Below, one piece after another: positions 11,049 through 23,000 of a stretch of DNA of 64,000 nt; within the stretch, counting starts at the first letter, position 1, and every line of letters begins with the position of its first letter. This DNA comes from Ophelia neglecta (taxonomy: Eukaryota), in NCBI GenBank assembly GCA_965285935.1, contig OZ260664.1, positions 70,432,001 through 70,496,000 of the forward strand, in the 5' to 3' direction. A program made the position numbers and the translations under genes. A model generated the notes under the pieces. The model was not told the origin of the DNA. It made no database searches and saw only the letters and a program-made list of their open reading frames with translations.

Positions 11049-14000
11049 GTAGGTAGAGTTAAAAGTGCCGAAAAAAGATTGAGCACAGAGTAATTCTGCA
11101 GACGAAGCCAAGCAGAACCTTGATGGCTCGCAGATCGCTGCCAGGTTCCTTTCATGAAGCCAGGCTTGCACAGACTGGCTCCTGGTCAATATAATGCCAG
11201 ATTCCTGAAGATTGGTCAGCCCTGCCAAATATCGAACTGTCCCGGCTAAACTGGGCAAACTAATTGTTTCTTCATTACAAGCGTGGGAGTAGTGTTGTAA
11301 AATGTTTAAGTAATGAGTGAACAACAATCCACAAGAGATGATTTGTTGAGCAGCCGATTGCTACCTCCCAGGCAATCAGTACCTCCGTGCTGCGCGGGCG
11401 ACAGGCGGTGTCGACTCCGAATCCAACCCAATCAATAGCATTAAATGACAAATCGCCAGCTGATTTATTGAAAGCAATGAGTTGGATTTGCATTCTACAC
11501 TAGAAGTTTGTATTGTCTTTTCAAAAACGAATTGCAACTGCTGACTAAACGACATCAGAATACAGGAAGTGGGCTTGGGGGGGGGGGGGGTGGTACCCAA
11601 ATACTGGCGTACAATTCCCAATGGTTCGTATATTTTTCGTTTGGAGTTGCCCGCCTTTCTTGGGTGGGGAGAGCATTCGATTTGACTGCCTTTCCTTTTC
11701 TTCGGGGCCTGGCATACTACCCAGTCACCATAATGGTACTTACACAACTGGTCACCTTTCATAACATTATCATATAAACTCTTAGCTAAATATAACATTA
11801 TCAATTCCATCGGTGGCCGTCTTAAGTGACTTGCCGATAAAAGTCGATTGTGCATTATGCGTGTTTCCTTTAATCTGCAGTAAGTCCACAAATAGCGATT
11901 GACCTTTCTTCATGGCAGCCATCTTCTATATGGACTTGTATTAATCTAATAATTACTTAGTCCAATACCGAACAATGTTTGGGCGGTCAATGAATCCATG
12001 ATGGTCCGCCCGCGCAACCTATACGAGGTTGTAAATTAAGCCGGGAGCCATCTTTAACCTATTTTTCTCTTCCTCTCTGCGTTTTAAGTAGGGCTGCCGG
12101 ATGGTGGGGTTTGCAGCGGCGAATAATACTTTTCATACTTTGCAGTTGATTCTATAACAAAGAGTGATGGCACCTTTTCGGGGTGCTTACAGCTATCAGC
12201 CTCCGCCAGGCACATTGCCATAACAAGGGGGCTGCAGACGAACGGCAGGTCAATTCCTCTGATGATTGCATGTCAAAGATTGGCTCGCCAACTAATTGGT
12301 AGAAAATGGGCTCGCTTCACCCGGTCCAAGAGCCCATCTTATCTGACCTCAGACCGGATCTTCCTCCTGACCTCAACTGGCCCTTAAGGCCGCACTCCGG
12401 CATTCTGGGCCTGCTGCTCCAACGCGCAAGGGCTCACTTGGCAAGAAGGCGTCGGCAATCCATAGGTAACACAAATATTAGCCGACATTTATGATTGTCA
12501 CTCCGGTGGTAGTAATGGCTCCGGCATGACATTCATTGCTTGTGCCAGCTGATCCGGTGTACCAGTCACATGCCTTTCTCGTGGCTGTACCCAAGATCGG
12601 GGCGGGGAGATACGTCTTTGTGCCATCAGCTGACACTCTAGTCTTCCCAAGCCGTGTAGAGAGCTCGAAACAAACGAGAGCGGGTTCTGCAGCTTCTGTC
12701 AGTTCGGCCGCCACTTTTTCTTTGACCCAGACAATCTATTGCCTTTCTGAAAGCATCCCCTCCTCCGATCGAACAACGAGAGTGTCGGCCTTCAGAACCA
12801 CCTAAATCATCATGACATTCTCGTAAATTAGACGGACTTTTTTTCGCGTGTGAATGGCGCCCACGGAGTTGGGTCTATATGATACCCTGTGCAGGTCGGA
12901 CTGCAGCCGTAAGTTAGTCTGCCGCGAATATCCTCAAACTCAACGCTACGGAGAACCGGCCGATCGATATGCCTCTTGTTAATGAGCAGCATTGAACCAC
13001 TAATTGTCATTTGTGCCGACTGCAGTGATTTTATTTCGCTATCTCGACTGCGCTTCCCTAGTCTGCCTGCATGTGAGCAGCTCCAATGTCCGTTGATGAT
13101 TTCAGACGAAACAATTTAAATGATTAACCATACACACGGGCGTGCTTGACACGATTTTCCTGACCTGTCGATATTTGCTTTTACGTTTTATGGCCTCGCT
13201 TCCTGTGAGGAAACTTGTCCGCCAGAGTTTTTCGGCCGGATTGCTCTCGACCTTCTATACCTATAACCATGCACAATTGCTTGTCATTCATCAATCATTG
13301 GAGAATGGCGGCCCCTCGAACGATTCAGGTGTCACGTACTCTCATGAACACTGATATTAATTGCAACAAATCACACAAATGACAGCAGAATACTATAACA
13401 TTAATGGAATACGCCCCGTATATACTGATGGCTTTTATATCAGCACAGTAAATGATAGATTCAATCTCATCGTATTAGAAGCAAATGTACACAAGGCCGT
13501 AATACGCCGGGATAATGTGGTGATACATACAGCCAGACGGGTTTTCACTTACAGGGATGAGGGGGGCTTTGGCGCTTGTCGGGCGCACCATGAAATATTC
13601 ACACTTTTATTATAAGCCTGGGGACGTCATGTAATTTTGTGTATCTCTGATGTCAGAGTGGATCAAGCAATTTACCTTTTCAGATGGCCGTGATCTGGAG
13701 TGAAACGGGCAAAACAGGTCACAGTGTCGTCGTTGCTTCCACTGTAGGCCTAATGGCTAAGAGAGGAGCAAATAAAACAGTATCCGTTTGTATACGTGTA
13801 TAAAACTGTCAAACCAACTACATTGCGAGTCTTGTACACGGTGTATAAATAATCAACATACAAACATTTGTCTGAAAGGGATAAGAAAGTGCCATTGAGC
13901 GGTCAAAACATATTGGTTGGCATATTTTATCTCATTACAGGGTATTCAAAATTCGCGCTTTTTCTCTGGCACAAATCTAAGATATTTAATATTTTAAATG

Positions 14001-17000
14001 GATTGCCCGTTGGTGTACACGATATCACAGTTCTCAATTTAAATGTGTAGGTACATTTTTAAAACGACCAAAATATCTGTATTTGAATACAGAAAACTGC
14101 TTGGCGGCAAATTTCAGTACTGGTGAGTCGTGGCCACGTATACCTAGAGGGCGCCACAGCGGCCAATTTGTGCACACTGCCTGTAAGCAGGGTCGGTCAT
14201 GCGCCAGTTGGTGCCTGGCAAAATCCTGAGTACTGCCTTCTGCTGACTAAAGGCTGAGGTGATAGCTAATGTTTAAATGATGCCTTTGTCCATGCCTATC
14301 TCCCATAAGTTTCGCCATATATACACGGTGTTCTTGAAGTCACAATTACACACAAGTTGTATGGTCGTCAGGCATTACTTTGTGTCTTGATTATGGTGTT
14401 TAACTTTGTAAACTAATATCATTTTGTCTTTCCTTGTCGTAATTAATTTGATATTTTACTATCGCTTTTTTGTACCCAGATAATCTGACTATGTAAGTAT
14501 ATCCCTCACCCCCCCCCCCCCTTCTTTCCTTAAAAGAAAATATTTTAAGGCGTGTGTGGGTGATGGTTCGATGGCGGACTTACAGATGAGGAGAAGGACA
14601 TTTCCTTTGGCGGTAATCAAGTGGAGCGTGGTACAGCCCCCTTGCCAGTAAATATCTAACCTGTCAAATATCGAGGCGCTGGGCGTTTGCTCTGTCCTAC
14701 AGCAAAATAACAGGCCTCAATTTCGTATTTCGTAAAAGTTATTAGATGTAATGTTTTCATATCATGTGTAAGCCTACTCGTTTGGGACACAGATACTTCT
14801 TTGCAATATTTGAAAGCGCTTAATATAGGTCCCATTAAAAACAATGTTTAGCATCTTGTCTTATGTTTTATTCAACTGGCGCAGAATAGCTCTGGTAAAG
14901 AGAACGGTTTCCTGGATAGAAAAAAGTACAAAAATTACATAAATATGCCAATTTTATAAGAGAATAAATGGAGACCAGCTCAAAGTACACTATTGTCATG
15001 CATTAAGGTAATGGCACTGATTGTACTAAAAATGTATAATCCTCCTTTCAGACCAAATAATAATGTAGTTAAATCTCACGAATAATGGGAAAAACTGGCT
15101 TAGATTTATGAGTTTCTCATTTGCGGTAAAATTGTGGCCTCTAATTGCCCGTAGTTTAGTTGTTAGTCGGTACCTTGTTTATTTATCCCCTGCTAGGCTC
15201 CTATGCAAAACACGACTGAATTCAATTTGTTGATCAATGATTGTTACGCCATTTATTACGCTAAGTAAAGTGATCGCCTATATCCATAATGTTTAAGTGA
15301 GATTAAGGCGATATATTACCACAATGATGACAGTTGGACGCCTGGGGAAACGGCCCTTTAACTAAATAAAATATCCGCAGTTTAAGACGAGTCGTCATGG
15401 GTCACTGAACGCAGCATTACTCCCTTGTGTGTGGCGTAATTTTTCAAATAACATTGGAATAGAAATAGAATGAAATTAAGATCGGGAAAAACTGCCAATT
15501 AACTTTTCTCAAATTTGTTTTCATACCTTTAACACGTTTTATGTTAAACGCGACACGATATAAACTCTGCATGTCTGTTGTTTCTTCACGCGGTAGCCAT
15601 TAGGAAAAATGTTTACAGTGAAAGGCAAGCTAGTAGATTAAAGGCTTTTTTTAAAAATGACAATCGCAATTTTATGAAGCGTTCACCAGTAAGCAAACAT
15701 GTTAAGACGTCCACTTGCTGCTAGTCCAACAATGGCCTACTAGTTTGCAGTGATCTGTGAACATTTTTCATGTTATGAGGTCATAAGTACACGGATTTCA
15801 CGTAGTAAACGAACTGTCATTATTTGTAGTTATCTATACTACCTTAAAAAAGTCATCTCGTTTGTATCATTATCGGTGCATAGCTTTGAAACGAGTAACT
15901 TTGAAGCTAAGGATTTTAATATATATTGTCGGGATAAACCTAATTCATGTATTGTAGTCAATTTTCTCTTTCTGTTGCAGGGGACCCTCTGTATATTGAA
16001 ATGGAACTGGCTTTGGCGAGTTTCGACAGTATCTCGGAGGTCAATATGGTAAGTCTACCCCTCTTAATTCATTATCTGCTATGTTAATTGAATATAACAA
16101 TAGTCTGATTATCAGCTTAGTGTTGTCCTCGGGGTAGGATATTGTCAGCAAAACTGTTGGCTTGATGGTTTGAGAGTTGTTTGAGATAAGATTATCTCCT
16201 TGGTGTGTTAAGCCTAAAGGAGTAGGGTAACTCTAAATGGAAAATCTGAACAGATGGCTGATCTCGAGCTGCTTTTTTTTTATATAAGCCACAATAAATG
16301 CAGCCACTATCGTAAACGAGTTCAACAGGCGGAACTCCTAAACATCAGTTTGAAAGTGAGTTGAATACATTTTGAACCAGAAGGGGAACTTACTTTTTCC
16401 ACTTTTCCCCCTTCACCGCACCCTCGTACTTTTTGTGGTGACTTCGAAGTGCAAAGATAGCTCATCGGCGGAAGTCATTTTGCCCTTGAGCTGCGTTTTT
16501 GAAAGAAATGAAAAGAGATCTTTGCCATCTTTGCTTCAAAGGAATGGCAAGGGTAGCCATGCTGGGAATTCCTATAGTCCCAGGATTGTTTGCAGCCAGA
16601 CCTCCAATATTGTGTTTCACTGCCACTAACCAGGCGGTACTGATTTAGTTGAGTCGGACTCAGGATCAATACAAGCGAACAATTGGGTGAGTCCGGTCGC
16701 CCAGCGGCGGCGGTGGCCGAATCAGCCTAGTCAGGCGCAATGAACAGGGGAATTTCATTATGGTCTGGGCCCACCGGGGACAATGGCCGCCCAGCCCCTC
16801 CACTAGCAAACTCCAACTCCTACCAACTGCTTCCCATTGCTCGAGAAAATATAATTTGGATGACATATTCACAGCCCCGGGCAATGAAAGGGTCCTGAAT
16901 CGAGTCCTGACATATTGCCTACATCCGTTATTCTATGTTATGTACACAATAGTGCCATCTAGGCGGCCTTTGGTGGATGACCACGGGCGAGGACCGCACC

Positions 17001-20000
17001 CAGCGACAACTGTGAACGGCCAGTCCTATACTACTATATAGCCCGTGTACGACTTGACCAACTTACAATGTTTAAGAAAACAGTGCTTTTCAACATATAG
17101 TCATAACATTTACATGTTTATCTACAATCACCATTTCTTATTTGATTGTAAACTCATCCGAATTCCTTGACTACCCGAAATCCAGCTGTTGTAATTTCCC
17201 GATTAGAATGTTCCTTGATTCATTATGTTTTCACGAGAGGCGACTTTTTGCTTCACTTCGGCTACAATTGATCGTGCGTGCTGGATGTCTTGGCAATATT
17301 CCCTGTAAACGCCGCTCTTGACACGGCAACTCAGTGGCTCCATTCCTCCAAATAGGGCGAATCATGTTAGCGCGATAGATGGCGAATGGGACTGTTTGGC
17401 TAAAAAGGGGCTTGGGAGGTCTTAAAGGAAATGCGTTGAGGGAGCAGACTGGATCTATTATCATTGTTAGTCCCCTCCATGAAGCTATTGAGAACTGCAA
17501 CTGACCTCTACAATCGCACACGACCATCTGGGCTGACATGATGTTGTTTTTTTACATCCGGGTACTTGGCACACAATCTGTCGTCTGCTGGCACAGAAAC
17601 AGCAGCAGACGGCGGATACTGCAGAGCGAGCAGGATGTATACTCAAACAAAGTGCAAGGTGTTTAAACAGATCACAGAAGGAGGCGGGTCTCCTGCTGTG
17701 ATCTGTGGCACGCAAAAATCTAACTCGTTTCGTTGTGTCAGTCACAACTATCTTCTTGGAAGGTGTGCTGCACACCGACTACTAGAAAGAGTTTACTTTG
17801 CAAACATGATCGCCCTTATCAATTTCCAACTTCAGCTTTGTCTAGATTCGAAGTTACGAAACGTCATTGCACATCTTCCGCGGGTATCGTTTAGGTCTAG
17901 TATTTTCAACTTTCTCACGCCCGACTGTACTGGGCACGCTCCTTTGTTCCGTATGGGATTGAGTATCGTCCGGTGCCTTTACCGTAGAGATGGCACATTG
18001 ATCTTGAGACCGAGCACCGAAGACTTCAGAACAGCTGTTATATGGAGGCTTTACTCTTGTTTAGAGCGGACCGCTCGGTCATAGAGTGAAGCTCAAGAAA
18101 GGCTCCCTGGCAGCGAATGATAAGCCCTGGCTGTCTTCTGTCTTAGCCAGCCCATAAGCTCCCATATCCTTGAGCCCTCCATTCTCATCAACATGGAGTC
18201 TTAGCCATATGGCGGCAACCCTAACCGCGCAAGAAGAAAGTGACCTCACGCAATTTATTGACTAGCATGTCTTGTCAACACTTGAACGTGTGAGTAACGC
18301 TAATCGCCAAAGCTATGGCGTCTATTCTGTTGGCAGCTTTTGTAGTTAATGGTCAGCGCTTGATGCATGGGAACTTCAGAATCGACAGGGGCCGAACCAA
18401 GTGCTTCAAAACGCGGCTCGTCTGAATTAAGTCAAGTTGAATTATGAGCAGAGAATACGATAAAGAGAATCGCCGAAGAAATATAAAACTGCCTTGGACC
18501 TTTTTGTTTACATTTACAGTCCTGGTCCTAGATATAGCGAGAATATCTTTCGAGATTTCAATATTATCTGGAAATTTGTCTTAGCCATAACATTCACTAT
18601 ACACGAGAAACCAATGAGAATTTAATCCAAACAGAATGAAGCGTGGCTGCTCCAGAAATGTGAAATGTAATGGAAAATAGGACATTGTGTGCTTCGTAGA
18701 TGTTTTTAAAACGCCCAGTCCCAATGCTGTAGGTTGACGAACCGTGCTTTACCTCAGTGTTATTTTTAAGCAATAAACTGGTTATTGGATTGACTGTAGA
18801 GTGTGGTATTCGAGTGCATGCAGTGTGTCGATAGTCATTGTGTAACCTATTTTTGCACTCATCCATAAATTATATATCGACTGACTTGTTGGACACCAAC
18901 TGTGGTTAGCTGACAGAAAAACAATTGGTGTATATTCATATAGGGTAAATAGCAGTTATCAGAGTTAACTGACCTAAAACTCTCGAACTATATCCTTTTA
19001 GTTAAATGTACAAGATTATTATCTTGCCACAAGTTTACATGATAAATAAATAAATTTTAAAATGGGTCTCCTTTATACTTTCATGCCAATATGCTTTGCT
19101 AATGGACAGTGTTATGGAAAACAGATATAAAAGATTATATGTTCTACTGTAAAATTTTCTCTAGTGGTCAGGCATAATCCAAAGAATAATACTAAGATAG
19201 GTCGATAAGAAAGCGTAACGGCTGTTTAGTTATAGTTTCATTCACTTTTTCCTAATCACTCATGATAAAATTATAGTGCTGCTCTCTATAGGAATAACGG
19301 TGCCAAGCTTATGGTCACGTGCCAAAGAGGAAATATAGGCCTACATGTATATGGATTGACCTGACAAGCCACTCAGGTGTGAACAATGTCTGGAAGAGAG
19401 GTCATCGTACGAGAAAGTGTTCAAAGAACGGTCACGAAATGGTAGCGCAACACACTGCACTTGAATATCGATTGTCATAATTAATATTATATATCTATTC
19501 CAGATTAACTCTCTTTTATATAAATGCCCGTACCCATTTAGTAAAGTCTGCATGGCCTGATTTAGACTTTAAGTTCCAAAAATGGTGTATTTTTAAAACC
19601 CGGTGAATTAGCACTGCATGCCTACACATTCCTCAAACATTCTATATAGAATACAAGTCGCTGAGAATTTAAATATTATGCCTGTGGCATTCTTCGTTCA
19701 ACGACGAAACCCAAAGTCTTGGCGAAAACGAATTATTGACAGAGGGCAAAATACAATTGGGTCGGATTTGTTAGAATTGTTTCAGATTTGGGTTCTAAAA
19801 TAACTGATATTGTAGGGTATTTTGTTACGGTAACCCCATTCGCTTTTGCCATTTATTTGGCTTCCGCCAATTACACAAAGTCGTGTCGGCAATAGGCTAT
19901 AAGGCAGTTCTATTTGAATTAAAAACCAATTTGCCGTTCTCCTGATATTAAAAACGGTGGACCAGTGCCTTAATAAATAAATACACCGAGTTGGGATCAT

Positions 20001-23000
20001 CTATCTTTTCGTTATTGAAAAAAGGCTCACATGCAGATCAAATCAGCCAGGCGATTCAGAAAAATCAATCTTTGCGATAGGTTTGAAATATGTTAAAGTG
20101 CCGAGCAGGTTAGTTTTTAGTCCGATTGAAAACGGATTTTGAGATATTGCCTGGTTACTGTTTCATGATAAGGCCGATATTTAACATCTTCATGGGACCA
20201 GAATCGCATGTGGTATGCCCCTCGTGATGTTCATTGACAAGAGCAGCTCCGGGGTAGAATCGTTATCACGGCAGGTTGGCCAGTCAGACTGCCAATGTAT
20301 AATCTCCGGCACGGACCGCTCAGCCCGCACGCAATGGCATTGATCAGCGCGAGTGACGGGGCTGAAATCTGTGAACAGAAATCAGGCTACTGTCATACCG
20401 CCATTCCCATTCACCTATACGTACTCGTATTGAGACAGGTCGTAAATTGAGATATGGAAAACTTCCAACTATCGTTGATCCTGTCGTTTCCACCTGTCGG
20501 TTTGCTGAACAGAGCCCATTCCAACTGATTTCTGGGTGTAATAACCGCCACGGGGGCGACGCGCGGAACGCAACTCATCGAAAGGCCAGAATTATTGTGA
20601 TGAAATCAATCAATGTCACTTCGCTGTTTAGATGATAGACGAAAACCAATCGAGACATAAACGTCAAAATCTACCCTACGTCGAAACTAATAAACAGCCT
20701 TTCTTCTGTAGGCCTATAGGCACATAGGCCAATCTGTATGAACAGCCGGAATGGAAACTGTATTATGGCAGCTGGTCACACAATCAGATGTCGTCTGCTT
20801 ATTGTACAGTCGGAAGATCATTTGTCTGAATTGGTTTATCATTTCAACTCACGTTCACATTACTCAAGTTTATAACATAATATGTGATGGTGATATTTTG
20901 GAAACATGAGAAGTGCGAGACAGACTCTTGGTTGCTTCCGAAATTATTGCGCCCCTAGGAGTTAGTAGGAGGAACACCGGAATTACGACCACCTTGCGTT
21001 TATAAAAAGCTTACGTATCGGATTGACGTGTTCTTGGTGGCATTGCGAGAGCAGTAATGACTCTACTTAAAGGTATCAGTGACAATTTATTGCTATCACC
21101 AGCGTTGGCACCAAGCATTTAAGACGGAGGGGGAACAGCTCGTCAGCAGAGACGGGTGTGGGGCAGAGCAGCGGCGTCGGTGCCGTGTTTATTACAAATA
21201 TAAAGGCGATGGATCAAAAACGGCGGATGAGCTATCGAGCCGCCATATAGCGGGTTATTTATCGTGGCCAGGACCCGTCTCGCTAAGCGCCCATGCATGC
21301 TGGCTGTAGGCGGGTGAAATGTGCCCCCGGGCTCCTCTCTCTCTCCGCTCATTGCCAATGACGTAGTGTCTATGTCCACGCCTGAATCACACTCCTCTAA
21401 CTGGCTTCGTTTGAAGAGAGCTGGCTTTTTATATGTGACATGGTCTGTCGTCTGGCTAAGGCTCTCGGTTATATATCGTATCTCCTGCTGACGATCAAAT
21501 GATGCTTGTCAACCGAACGCCGGCTCTCGGTGGTCTCTGAGCACCTTTATACATCAGCTTGGAGAAGGCCATGCTACTTAGCAGCTTTGGTTGTCTAAGA
21601 GTCGACCCGACCGATATCTGACCCGGCCCATCATGGAAGCCGACAGAAAAAGGCTCTTGTTGTGTGAAAAGCCTTCAGGAAATATCTTACAATGGCCAAT
21701 GGGGATCATCAACTAAATGGACGCAGATTGATAGGAGCTATTGTTTCTAGCCTTCTGTTTTCTAAGTAGCTTTATTTGTTTATCGCTAGCATTATCTTGA
21801 CGAAACAGCTTCTTAAGTATGTTGAGTGTGTTTGGGTATATGGCTTTTAGCGTCTTTGCTTCCGGATAAGATTTCTTTCTCGTGTGAATCATGAACATTG
21901 TATTTGACTCAGAATAGCAACTATAGATTAGAAGCAAATTCCATGAATCTTCAATCAGGCCACCTTACAAGGCGGCGGTTGTGACTGGCAGGCTTCTGCC
22001 GCCTTTGAATAATTCTCTACTGGCCTGGAGTGAGAGAAGGGGAAGTTTGAATGGGCAGACGACACCCTGAATTTGAGCTGATTGTACTCGTAATTGTCCT
22101 TTGTGGGTTTCCATTAGCATACCCCGGTCCACTGCAATTCCCTCCGCAGTTCCTGCTCATTTTCATCGCCAGCTCCTTCCTTCCTGCTCTTGTCGAACAT
22201 GGTGCCGCGGAAAATGATAAAGCTGGCCAACACTCTTCATGTATTGCAGACAGGTGTGCAGTTCGCACGCCATCAGACAGGGAACGCTCCTACCTACTTG
22301 GTCTTACATGTCATTGTGATAACCTTCGCCTTGGAATGGTATTTTCCCATTAATCAGATTCACAGCGCCCTAAGGCAATTCGAATACTCATTTTAAAGCT
22401 TCATTGAGCTATCATTCTGCGCGGATGTACGGGTATAGACTAAGACGGATTGAAAGAGGGATTGACTGACAACCCGTATACGTTTAAATAAAACTTCTAG
22501 AAAAGACGATAAACTTGTAGTGTTATGTGAAAGATAACTAGTTTTCTACTGGTTTTTCGGTGTTTTCTCGGCTTTTATCGCAAGTACTATTAATATTAAG
22601 ACAGTAAAGCTTCTTAGCACGTATATTAAATGTCGTCTGGTATATGGCTTTAGCGTGTCTGAATTTCAGGTGTATTTGTCCCTGGTCTGAATCATTCCCA
22701 GGAAGTGAATATGATTTCATGTCAAACACACTGGCGATACAGTATCTCGAGTGTGGGGAAACCTGATCACAAATGGCACTCTCCTGCCCACACAACGTTC
22801 TCCAGTTAACTGCACAGAAACGTCAAAGGCCGGCCCATGTGGCATTGCGGCGGTCAAACGGTGGCGATGCTTGTCTATGTATGTATGTTTGAATGAGACT
22901 TTTATTCCTAATATTATTAACAAGAGTTCAACTTGTTAATATGAGCCACGAGTAAATACTATTTCTATAGATTGGGCTAGGTTTAAGGGCTTTGTGTGCT

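Noticed and set aside
10767-11891. Long antisense ORFs (186 aa and 171 aa) over exon 1 and intron 1
   Set aside because: No homology or domain signal; they are explained by GC-rich sequence and the antisense shadow of the real exon.
17330-17392. GGCGAATGGGAC, identical to the 3' end of the genomic HDV ribozyme
   Set aside because: I could not build P1, P1.1 or the UCCnCGY L3 loop upstream; the double pseudoknot is not supported.
18895-18915. tgtggttagctg, resembling part of miR-34
   Set aside because: The seed region is absent and there is no hairpin.
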